NCBI GenBank assembly: GCA_002269645.1
Contig: NIVC01002728.1
Location: forward strand, 62,001 to 126,000
DNA from: Macrostomum lignano
Taxonomy: Eukaryota
Reading direction: 5' to 3'
Length of the DNA: 64,000 nucleotides
Shown here in pieces: positions 37,540 to 49,396 of the stretch (the first letter of the stretch is position 1; each line of letters opens with the position of its first letter). The position numbers were made by a program, and so were the translations under genes. Under the pieces are notes generated by a model that saw only the letters and a list, made by a program, of their open reading frames with translations, was not told where the DNA came from and searched no databases.

Positions 37540-38290
37540 CAAGTCTGAAAGCTTGAAGTAAATAAGGGCAGGAGAGGCGTGGCGGAGGTAGAATTGCATA
37601 TTTAAATATGTGGACTTCACTACTTCTAGTATAACGCAAGGGTAAGAGACAATATGCAAAAGTGTTAGAATCAAGTATAATATCAGAATTGCATTGCGGT
37701 GGAGACACTGATTCATAGGCTGTGTACATTGACAGATGCAGGGGTATTGGGTCGATGCAGGTGGAGGTTGACTCGGATTTGCTCAGATTCGCGGGGTTGA
37801 TATGTGCATTAAAAGTTAGTTTCTTGCTAACTGGGGCGGCATGGATGACGTAATTGGAGAAGAGGGGTTTTGCTGAATGAGGTTTAATATAGGGTCTGTG
37901 CTGTGAAAAGATCTGTTTGTACACTAAAAATGGGGAGAGGGGTCGGAAATCCGGCAATTTAGAAGGGTGACAGAGAGAACAGGGACGAGTGGTTCAATTC
38001 GATTTGCTATATAGGGTCTGCTGACCATTGAAGGGTGGCTGTTTTCGAACAGTCTTGGGGTTGATTTTGAATATGGCCGGAGATAAAGGGTGATTCAACA
38101 TGCAACAAATTCGATTCCATGGTGTACACCAGCGTCAGTGGCATATTTTGCGGATTAAAGCGCGACAAGGGGTCTTGTATCATCCGCCCTGTCAAATAGA
38201 TATATTGTATAAAACATTGCTTTCACAGTCTTGAATTTAGAGGCCAACTAAATAAATATATACGTATCAAAGCTCGGCCGGCTTTTTGTG

Positions 38291-38327
<37 letters not shown>

Positions 38328-39284
38328 GTCTTTTGAAAACTTATTTGACTCGGGGAGAGGCGTTGGGAATGACGGAATGACGTATTTGTCCTGGAGTGGT
38401 GACGAGGGCTGAATTCTAGAGGGATGAAGTATGGAAGGAGTGGATATAACAGTGTGGACAGCGATTTTTGGCTGACTCATGCCTCCTCTGCCAAGTTTGG
38501 GGGGGGGGTGGGCGACGGTTTCTGCGTACTGTTTGCTTTTTGAGGGTCAGCAGAATATGAAGAGTTAATTCTTGGATGTGCGGGCCACTTTGCAAATTTT
38601 GGAGTATAATATGGGTGGGTGGGCGCTTCTGCATGTTCTCTGTTTCAACTATATATAAATGAAAATAAACATGATATCAGCTTGTGAATGAAAAAAAAAA
38701 TTATATGAAAAATTATTTTCATATAAAATTATTTTCATTTTGAAAAATAAAAAAAAATTTTTTTAATGAAAAATTAAAAAAATTATGAATGAAAAAATTT
38801 TCAGTAAGAATCTCGACTTGTAAACTTTACTAACGGTAGTATAGCGTAATCAGTTACATTTGGTTTTGGGTAATTGACATATGAATATGCATACATGACT
38901 CATTTGGCAGTAGGTGAGGTTGTACAGTTGGCGCGCACACACCGACCCACCTCTGCAATACATATACTGCGCTGTACACGTAACAATTAGTGTTTCGAGT
39001 TGGAATTGTACATATAATCTTGTGGGGTTGACGATTCAAATACGCAAGAGCGGAGGCCGTCGTGTAGATTGGGGATTCATGTAGACACTGTACATATACA
39101 ATTTGAGATAGATAAGGATTAATGCAGTACATGGGATAAATGTACATATACGAGTACATATTGCTATGTATATCACGCTTAGGATAGCGTTTTCATATAC
39201 TACTTACTTCATTTTCAGATAGTAGTATAATTTGCGTTTTTTGCGTCAAAATTCTGAAAACCCAGCTCTATCTACGCGTTACGT

Positions 39285-39778
39285 AGTACCGGACGTTTCG
39301 TCAACCGGCATTTCGTCAACCGGCATTTCGTCAACCGGCATTTCGTCAACCGGCATTTCGTCAACCGGCATTTCGTCAACCGGCATTTCGTCAACCGGCA
39401 TTTCGTCAACCGGCATTTCGTCAACCGGCATTTCGTCAACCGGCATTTCGTCAACCGGCATTTCGTCAACCGGCATTTCGTCCACCGGCATTTCGTCAAC
39501 CGGCATTTTGTCAAACAGAAATTACGGCAACTTAGCAAATTATAGCTGATTACTATTATAGCTGCACCAGCCAGAGAAGGCAATGAGTTGGTAATGCATG
39601 CGATTTCAAATTTGTTTAAAACGTGTACAATTCTTGGAAAGTAAATTTTCGTAGAAACGTTCGTTCCTCAATGGTGTCGCAATACTCGTACCATGGTGCG
39701 TGGATTGAATCGAATGTCCGGTTGCCGTAATGTCTCGTTGACGAAATACCAGTTGACGAAACGTCTTGGAACCAAATG
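39285..39778. mobile_element. MITE-like element whose left subterminal 15-bp repeat (GGCATTTCGTCAACC) is amplified ~14-15x
   Basis: Left GGACGTTTCGTCAACCGGCATTTCGTCAAC is inverted relative to right GTTGACGAAATACCAGTTGACGAAACGTCT. Confidence 0.7.
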
Positions 39779-39897
39779 ATTGCACTATCCATACGTTGCG
39801 TACACTGTGCATGTACATGTAACTGCATCCAAGGGCGTAAAAAACATTAATTAAGTACTTATAAGTCACCCTTGACATGAATGGTATAGCTAATTTC

Positions 39898-39950
<53 letters not shown>

Positions 39951-40815
39951 ACCTACGGAGGCATACATGTATGACAGCAGCGTCGATTGTACAAATTATA
40001 TAATTTACTCGTTTTACACGTACCTCTCTTCACCCTTGTCTGCATATACGAGTGTACGCTCTCTAGATAGGTTTGCCGGTACGAGACATGATCTCGTAAT
40101 TCTGCAAGATCATGATGAGATCGACTAGTTCATGAGCCTCACAGCAGAATTTACATGTAATTAGACAAAAATTGCTCAATCTCGCATTTACATGTATAAT
40201 TAATTGTGCTTCCGGCAATATCGAGAGTGGAACCGTTTCTCTCAGATTTGCAGTTCCTGCAGCAACTATACTTTTACTGCATTGTGCGATTAACATGGCG
40301 ACGCACAAAAACTTTTTGCAGTCGTCTATAAATAAATAAGCGCCCAGCAGAAGTGTAAAAATACAGTATAATTTTTGCTAAAAATCGGCTGAAATTTGGC
40401 GTAGGTAAGTACTTACATAAATTAAATTTACACTGCATCGACATCGTACGAATACTGCATGGCCGCGTCTGCCCAGACGACGAAACGTTTGTAGATAAAT
40501 GCTTGTACTCGTATATATCCATATACATGTACGTGAGCTACATGCATACGCGAGTATAGCTACAAGTACAAGTAACTCGATAATACTTTTATCTGCCTAA
40601 GCCAACGCAATAATTACATACATAATGATGAAAGACTGACAGCAGATGTCCTATGTCATGCATTTAATTACTCGGGCCAATATTTAAGTTTGGTGAACTT
40701 TCAAGCATAGTAGTGTTAAATTACAAATAATTTAGGCTCTTTGTGTTATAAAGTGGAGAACTTCAAGTAAGAAGCTTTCGATTATTTTGAAATTGCATCA
40801 AGGATCTGCTGTAGC

Positions 40816-40959
40816 TGTAACATCCCCACGCGCACTCAATGAACCGGTAATCTGTGTTCTGTCAGACAATAAATACACAGGCACAGCCGCCTTCCACTCC
40901 TTCACATTTTTGAGTGGCTAACCAACACTCGCAAACACCAGCCGGAGTTGCTCGCTACA
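40816..40959 (+). mobile_element. 144-bp solo LTR-like insertion with 5-bp TSD
   Basis: TGTAAC..GCTACA termini, TSD GTAGC, internal AATAAA; the paralogous site at ~14453 is empty with a single GTAGC. Confidence 0.8.
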
Positions 40960-42351
40960 GTAGCTTTGTGCGAACTTTGATCTTGTATACGGGGTCAGGA
41001 TCAAGCGAGTCAATTTATCAAACCAGAGCAGTTTAGTTATCAAAAACGTTTTCAGTTTAGTGTATAAACCATTTTCCGTTCAATTTAAAAAACTCGCATT
41101 CTTCGGGTTCCTCGAACATCTCCTCGGTGCTCATTCTTCTTCTTATTTGTTATATTCTTTTAAAGATGAATTCAGTGTACGCACTCAGTTCAAAGAGGGA
41201 TGCCATATAGAGAGCACAGACAGTTGCTGTATTTTTTGTTAGCTTGAAAAGTGTCCGATAAAGGGGTCCGCTCTGTTACAGTACACTAGAAAAAATGCGC
41301 ACCAACAATACGAGCTATTGTGCAGAAATTGAATGCAGCATGCCGAAATTGAATAGGAACTCTGCATGCATGAGCAAGTTTTATCCATAGACAGAATGAA
41401 CGCCCTTACTACAAAGAAAGGATATCCGATTGCCGAAATTGAATGGATCCATACCGAATTCATATGACGGTTGAAGTAGCTAAATTTGGAAGGATGAAAT
41501 TAAATGTCATTTTTCCGAAACAGAATGCGAGTTTTGTTGACATTGAACAGAAAAAAGTGTACTAGCAGTCAGAACTTGCTAAGGGCGAGGAAACGGAGGG
41601 TGAAAGAAAGGAACGCAAAGCATCTTCCTTTAAAGTCTTACGCGTGGGCTTGACTTGACTTGGCTCCGCGGGCATCCGGATACAGCGAGGAGGCGTTGCC
41701 GCCCATTCTGCTAACCCCTGGCGACCACAGGCAGCTGCAGTGCTGCGGTGTCGCGCATGGAGACCCGGTGGTGCCAATGTCCACAGCGTGGTCCCCCTCT
41801 TGAGAGTCCAGAAGTTGATGGTCGCTCACCCGCAGTAGCCCATAGGTAGTGTGGACGAGTTGGCTGAATTCTCGGAACTGAAAACGTCGTAAGGGCTGGG
41901 TTTGAGCCGAGTTAGGTGAGCCTGTCTTGAGTAATGACCGCGCATTTAAAGATGGCTTGCTCCATATTCTCAACTCAGGCGGAGATACAGAAAGCGAATT
42001 CCCTCGCCTAGAGGGGATATTTCCAAGCAGAGCTCTGCAGAGGGCGGGGGGGGGGAGGCGGAGACAGCCGCGCGGGAAACTGCCGTCAGTCGGGGGTGTT
42101 AGCCCAACTAGCTCGTACTTACAAGAGAGCTGATACTTTATTTGCAAATATCGATCGATCAGTCCATCAATCTTTCATTTGAATATCATGGCGCCTATTT
42201 CTGATCTATTTCTTTCAAAAATGCCCATGTCTATGGCCAAGCCTACACGCCGCTCATTCAGCCAAGGCATTTCGATTTTCAGATACACACTTTGATTGTA
42301 ACACATGCACTGAAGTTCAACGGACATTGAAAAATGCATCACGGTGGTTGG

Positions 42352-45300
42352 ATGAGACTGTTAAGTCTTCGCATGCCAGGATCGCTGCTTCTACAACTTC
42401 TGTTACTGCTATTTTCCTGCGAAATCCATGCAACACTTGAACGTGGTACATTTGTGTCACGGGAAGAATATTATCGTAGAATTAATGCAGATAACACAAA
42501 CGAAGGTAAGATTCACACGTTGATCTAGCTAATTAAATTCACATTTCCTATCTGTTCCAATGTATACGCTATGGCACTAATGAGAGCATTTTGATACTAA
42601 AATTGTTTGTCCAACTGTCTGGCTCTGTTGCACAATAAGACTTATCAGATCCTCAGTTGCTTGGCCAGCCTCCCAGATCCTCAGTTGTTGGGCCAGCCTC
42701 CCAGATCCTCAGTTGCTGGGCCAGCCTCCCAGATCCTCAGTTGCTGGGCCAGCCTCCCAGATCCTCAGTTGCTGGGCCAGCCTCCCAGAGTGTCAGTTGC
42801 TGGGCCAGCCTCCCAGATCCTCAGTTGCCGGGCCAGCCTCCCAGATCCTCACTTTCGCCGAAAATACACTACGGAGATAGGAAGTTTTCATTTATTCGGA
42901 ACAAAAATTGTTATTTCTTTCGATAGGAGGCAGACCCAATGTTCATCTTTTGATATGTTGTACATTTCTTATAGCTCTATTGATATTGATCCTAAAGCTT
43001 CTTGTTTATAAAATTAGGATTCTATGTTATTTTTTCATTCTACGTACATTATCTGGACCTAAAAATCATAAAAATGCACAGCTAGAATCTTTGGTTTTAT
43101 GATTATCATCTCTGTTACACAAATTGTTACACAATCAGCTAGGAATAACAAAATATATTCATAAAATCCACGAGCTAAGCCGTGCCTTTTTCTTTTCAAT
43201 GGTTTTTAGGTACAGGACATGCAATTGTACGTAGAATAAGAAATTAACACAGAATAAAAAAGCAAAAATCAAAATAGTAAAAAGGATGAACATTGGGTCC
43301 GTCTCCTATCGAAAGCAATAACAACTTTTGTGCTAAAAAAACGAAAATTTCCAATTTCAGTCAGTGTTTTGTTCGGCGAAAAGTGGCCTTCAAAACATTT
43401 TACATAGATTTCCACAGAGGCCCACCCTCCAGATCCTTGGGTAAAAAGTAATGATTAATTAAAAGTAGTAAATATTTTGTACATGTAGCAAAACCACTTG
43501 ATCGCGCTTTGCAGAGCGTCTGTATCTGGAGAATTGCGCTCAGAGCTCGGACACTGGCCACTGCAGTCTCGCTATTGACAACCAGATCATACAAGAGTGG
43601 ACTCAGTGCTCGTCTACGGCTTCAGAGACGCAACCTTGGTGGAATGTAATAAATTTAATTATAGTTAGCCTATGCGTGTTGAAACGGGTTGAAACGCACG
43701 GCATCCCGCGCGCTGCGATTATCTATGGCCGACTTCCATAAGTAAAAAGCCTCGTATGCATATAAGTATCTAGTTAATGTTTCTACAACTTGTAGATTTT
43801 GAATCAGGGGTCGGCAAACTTTTTTACCGTAAGGCCCAGATAGAGAACCTAGCGCATGACTGTGGGCTAGAGGATGGGACAGAGGAGAGACAATTGAGAA
43901 GAGAAATAGGAGAAAAGAGAAGAGGGAATAAAAGAGACGAGAGGAGAGAAGAGATAAAGTAGGAGAGAAGAGAGGAGAGGAGAGAAGGAGAGGAGAGGAG
44001 AGGAGAGGAGAGGAGAGGAGAGGAGAGGAGTGGAGAAGAGAGGAGAGGAAAGGAGAGGAGAGGAGAGGAGAGGAGAGGAGAGGAGAGGAGAGGAGAGGAG
44101 AGGAGAGGAGAGGAGAGGAGAGGAGAGGAGAGGAGAGGAGAGGAGTGGGAGAAGAGAGGAGAGGAAAGGAGAGGAGAGGAGAGGAGAGGAGAGGAGAGGA
44201 GAGGAGAGGAAAGGAGAGGAGAGGAGAGGAGAGGAGAGGAGAGGAGAAGAGAGAGGTGACAGAGGAGAGCAGAGAAGAGACACAAACCCTGAGCATTGCT
44301 ACTGTGAAGCTTCAAAGGACCCGAGGGCCGGAGTTGGCCGACCCCAGCTCTAAATAATGCTTAGTATTATCAGTTACTTTTTCAATTCGCAAAATAAGGA
44401 GTTTTGGCCATAGAAAATTTTTTAGATTTTGTTCTTTCTTTTTTTTCTTTGTCTAGAGTGCTGGTGTGCTCAGCGCCCCCTCGACCCCGCTTTCTTTTGA
44501 CTTTGCCATAGACATTTTCAGCGGGCCGTGAAACCAACTGAATGCATTGGAGTAAATGGGATATTACCATAGACAGTCTCAACGGGCCGTAAAACGCGGT
44601 TTCACGCCCGCTAACTACGAGTATAACACTAATATGGATGGGCCGCATCGGGGAGAAACGAGCTGACACTCCTCGGTGTCATAGCTCGTTTCTGCCCTCT
44701 GCAGCCCATCAATATTGGTATATTATACTGTCCGTCAAAAGTTCCGGAACCCTTGCTACGATGTCTTCTAGCGGACATAATTTCAGTCCGTTTCAATTGT
44801 AACTTGATTCAAATGAAAGCTGCGGATCTCAGCTCGATGATGTGGTCAAGAAAAAGTTTATTCGAAGGAGCGCGTGTGAACAGGCCAGTGTTATGTACAT
44901 AAAGGTTAGAGAAAAAAAGTGAGGAAAAGACAAACAATCAATTGTCTATGGTTGCTGAGTCTATGGAGCAAACAAGTACAAGTACAAGTTATTAAGATAG
45001 AACAGGCAATTCATCTACATAAGAGATACCTGCGCACACCATCCGCATTGACTCATGTACTATACATTGGCTTCATTGTGCTACACCCAACAAAACCCAT
45101 TTCCAGGCTTTCTTGGAAACGCCAGCTTACGTATCTAAAGTGGTAATTCACACCGCGCCTCTACCTGACGCGGCAATGCAAAGCGCTCTCAACCAATTTA
45201 TCATTTATGCTGGCGGAACAGCTTGCTACAGGCATAATGCAGCTGCTTCATTCTCCAGTCGATCGTTTCCGTGCGACGTGTTCACCGATTTCATCGAGTT

Positions 45301-47705
45301 GAGCAGCGATAGAAAGGATGCCGTAATGTCCCTTTGCGAAGTTGAAGTCTATGGAAAGGCGCTTGCGTTCCAGGAACTCGAAAATGGAGCTGCGTAAGTT
45401 TAGGGAATTGCTCACGATTCCGTGAAATAGTGGACTATGGACGACTAAAGTGCACGCCATACACTGGCAACTGGCAAGACAGAAAAATTCCAAGTATTGT
45501 TCCATTCTAAGTCGGATATTTCACTCATGCAGTTTTTAGGATTAGCACATATACTCAGCAACATTGAAAAGTCGCCTCTCTATTGGCCTGTGAGAAATTT
45601 CTCTTAGACTATTCTGAAATAAAAGATGCGAGAAACTGATCGGGGTAGCTTTAATCCGTCCAACAAAACCCATGCACACCGCTCCCCCCACGTCATTCCT
45701 CAACTCAAGTCTGCCGCGACGTAGCTAAGTTGCTTTCTTTCTTTCTTAGCTAAGAGTTTCTTTGAGTTTGATTCACATTCACACTATAGAGCTTTTTTCA
45801 AGAAATTCTACTGAAGATGGGGAAGCACGTAAATGACATGAAAGTTTATGTTGTTCCTATCTACCTCGTACCTAGTGTATTTTTCTCTCTAGTCTGCTTT
45901 TCTTTATAAAATTCGCATATAGTGGGACGTCTACCTGTTGTAAAGTTGATGGATATGGCGATGAATAAATATTTATGTACAGCCTTTTGATCGCAGATCA
46001 GTATTAAATAGTTAGTGTTTTAACGGTTCCTTGTTTTGGCTGTTTATATACATTTTCAACTTCGAATTTCTCAAAAGTGTGAATTCGACGAAGTGAGTGA
46101 AATGTGTCACTTTGTATTTACTTGGAGCTTTGGGCGCTGTGTATTGAAAATGTAAAAATTCACACACAGCGGAAATGGGAATGAAGATCAACAAAAAAAA
46201 ACTGAAGAACCGTCACCTAAGTAAGTCAAGGCTAGTCGAAATGAAAAGTTTGTAGTATTTTGACACGAAGCATCAATCCAAAATGTCCGTGTCCATCATA
46301 TACTCGTAGCACTAGGATTAGCTGCGTGCATGCCTGACGAATTCGAAGTTGAAAAGGTATTTACACTACTTAGCTTAACAATACTACACCTTTTCACGTT
46401 CAGTTTTGATCAAAGTCGGGTTCTAAAAAACTAGCGAAAATTCTATTCATGCTGGGGAAACGCTTGCGGAAAATCAATAAAAAAATGCCAATTCAAAACA
46501 GACAGAGTTTGTTTTTAAAGATTATGCATTCGAACAAAAAATGAACACAACTTTTAGTGAATAAGTATATAGGATCGAATCTATTAGTACATGTACATTA
46601 GTACATTAGTACATTTGATGCAGAATGAGAATTATCACTCTTCATAGTTTATAATTTCAACGATTTGCTTTCTAAGATTTGTCGTCTATTTGAAACAGTA
46701 GACACCCGCAATAATCTTTTTAGCGAAATCGCGTTAAACTATTGCTCATCATCAGTCGACTGGCAGTTAAACATCTGTAAGCATGCTTTTGACCGCAACT
46801 TTGCCGTATTCAATGGCGAACATGGTAAAAAGTGCCTTGACATCCCGAGCGACAAATCTGCAGAAGAAGCTTGGATGCGCGCCTACTTCAAAGAGTCGGC
46901 CCTTGTAAAACACGTCAAGCTCTTCAACCGGATGGACAAATGCTGTAAAAATAGTCTGAACCACTTTACTCTTCACATTAATTACTATAAATGCTTAGAC
47001 CACAATGATGCAAATCCATTTGTTACGAAGATCTTTAACTGCACGCGGTTCGGCAATCACGTGCAAGTGGTCTCGGTACCCGGTGCGGGCCTACATCTGT
47101 GCCAATTGCAGGTTTTCGGCTACTCAACATTGCTGCGTCCGAAAGAGCTACAAAGTGAGTTCTGCTTTACAAGTAGCTCGTGTTTTGCGTGTGTCGCAGA
47201 GTATGGTGCGGATCCACAACTGGACTCTCGGGGCTTGGGAAAAGCGCCTTTACAGGGTAGAGACCTCTTACAGAAAAGTGTCAACTTATTTAAGGTTGAC
47301 CAGCCAAACTGCAGTCTCAGTGATGGCAAACAAGCGCAGACATTTACATTTATTCAGTATTTAATTAATTAAGTAAAACAAAGTTTTTATTTGTATTTTA
47401 TGATATCCAAACCAACTTCCCAATCAGAATATATAGGGTGCTACAAGGACAATCCAAAGCAGCCGGACCTTGAGCAATTGGTATCGCTAACGTTTATGTC
47501 GATTTCAAAATGCCATAGGATGTGTAAACGCCTAAACAAGCTCTATTTTGGACTGCAAAATGGTCGATTGTGCTATTGCGGCAACAAGTTTGGCAGATAT
47601 GGCGAAGCAAAGGAACCGAAAGCCTGCGATAAACGGTGCATCTATAGCAAGTCCAAACGGTGCGGCGGTCACTATCAGAATAGCGTCTACGAGATTATTC
47701 TGTAA
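42352..47705 (+). CDS. Secreted signal peptide-FTP-FTP-WSC protein, copy B (5 exons)
   Basis: Exons 42352(or 42373)-42505, 43515-43645, 45107-45393, 46724-47154, 47428-47705; phases 1,0,2,1. FTP2 has NRMDKCC..LCQLQVFG. WSC: YIGCYKD..CHRMC..YFGLQNGRLCYCG..CDKRC..RCGG. Confidence 0.85.
42645..42850. repeat. 28-bp minisatellite in lectin B intron 1
   Basis: ~7 units, same family as 19525-20050. Confidence 0.93.
43805..44347. mobile_element. hAT/Charlie-like MITE containing an (AGGAG)n pentamer tract
   Basis: Ends CAGGGGTCGGCAAACT / AGTTGGCCGACCCCAG; interior 43870-44280 GA-rich; TSD not clean. Confidence 0.6.
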
Positions 47706-47891
47706 ATTAGCAGCTATAATTTTTTTCCTCTATTTTGATTTTTGAGAGTGTGTCGGTCCTGAACAGAAGAGTACCAAGCTAACATAGAGAGCCAATATAG
47801 CTAATATAGCCAATATTAGCCAATATAGCCAATAGAGCCAAATCATCGGGCTCCTAATTTTCGACCATAGACAAATGTGTCCGACTGGAAA

Positions 47892-48032
47892 TGGATTTGT
47901 ATTGAATATATATAGAGATGGTAATCATGATACCACTCGCGATCCCACAATGCAATATATATAATAGAGTATACAATATATTTATATTGTATCAGAATTA
48001 CCATCTCTATATATAAATTCATTCCAAATCCA
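47892..48032. mobile_element. ~140-bp palindromic MITE-like hairpin downstream of lectin B
   Basis: TGGATTTG..ATATATAGAGATGGTAAT..TGATAC vs GTATCA..ATTACCATCTCTATATAT..CAAATCCA. Confidence 0.6.
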
Positions 48033-48644
48033 TAGATATATAGTAGCTCGTGTTTATATATATGCGAGTTATTTGAAAGTAACTAGCTGGTTATGAGCGT
48101 GCCACAGAGAATGGGTTTCGACTTCTGCTTTAATAGTAGTATTGGCTCTCTATGTTAGATCCTGATACTATTTGTCCGGACAGTGCTGTTTTGTATTGGA
48201 GGCAAAACAAACATGTAATTAGAACACGAGACAGCTATAGATTAGCAGAAAATGCTTTACTGTTATTATATAATTAGCATTTTCTTATTGGACCTTATAA
48301 GAGTGCGGTCATTTTTTAATTTAAATTCCGTCTTTATCTGTCTTGTCCTGCCTTCATGTACGTGTATTTATAGTGCTCATTATCATTAAAACTAAAAATC
48401 CTTTGTGACTAAGCACCATAGTCAGTTAAATATATATGTAAATTTCTTCCCTAAGAGTTTTTCTCTGGGTAACACCTCGTAAATGTAATTTCATTTTCTA
48501 GTAGTACATATATACTGTATGTCTGAATGACTGAAAGTACACAAAAGCTTGGTGATCTCTGAGTTCTTTGTAAGGTTTTTAAAATTAGTAAATTAAAACA
48601 AGGCGTTAGTTTCTTATGTTTTTTGTTGATAATATTAAAAATTG

Positions 48645-48947
48645 ATTACACCTGCCCTAATTAGCTAAAACCTAATGGGCAGATGTGCAACCAACAGCTC
48701 AGCCGCAGCTATTGCGCGGCGCATCTGAAGGCTGCGTACGGCTGTTCAGTCCAAGGACTGGGGATCGCCACACAAACCCTCAATTAGCCCAGTTAATGCT
48801 GGAGCCCATTTTACTGCTAGATGAACTAAGGCAATGCAGAGTTAAGTGTCTTACTTAAGGATACAAATTGTTCCAGTGGGATCAGGAATCGAACCCCCGA
48901 CCTTCAAGTCGTGAGTCCTACGCTCTGACCACTAGGCTACAACCCCC
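48645..48947 (-). mobile_element. tRNA-derived SINE
   Basis: Head with A box TAGCCTAGTGG and B box GGTTCGATTCC, then a conserved body shared with 52590-52875 and 58660-58800. Confidence 0.85.
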
Positions 48948-49396
48948 ATTTCATTAAAGACTAGCTTGTAATAATATAGACAGGTGATTCAGTTGAACAG
49001 TTTGAAATTTGAAACCGTGTCTAAAGTACATAGATTAATTGTTAATTTAGAGTACGGGCGTTCTCTGATCTCACAGATTTTATACAGGAGTATAGCTGCA
49101 CTTGGAATTTTACAAATATGAAAAATCACCAATTCTGTAGGCGATTGATATTTTCAGCCAAGTAAATAATACAAGTGTCGCTAAAATTGATTAAAACTAT
49201 GCTAGCTATTTAAAATTTAGCGGGTCTCCGGTTTTGACAGTTTAATATACCCACGTACATGTACAAGTACATGTACGAGTAGCTAGAAAGAGAGTTTTTG
49301 GAGTCATTTACATGTAAGTATAGAGGATCTGAGTTGTTGTAGAATATATATAGATATCTTCAATAGTACCCAGATATTTAGAACTCTACAGAATTG

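Larger units (their letters stand above)
40620..45460 (+). repeat. Segmental duplication partner of ~14220-26620 (upstream region and exons 1-3 of lectin A/B)
   Basis: Collinear similarity of upstream blocks, exons, intron-1 minisatellite and MITE. Confidence 0.85.

Noticed and set aside
46170-46356. Independent first exon or signal peptide for the FTP2-WSC exons
   Set aside because: Its donor (AAG|GT) is phase 0, but exon 46724 needs phase 2, which the 45393 donor of copy B provides.
48875-48947. tRNA gene
   Set aside because: A and B boxes are present, but the head is fused to a repeated SINE body and I could not build a clean cloverleaf.
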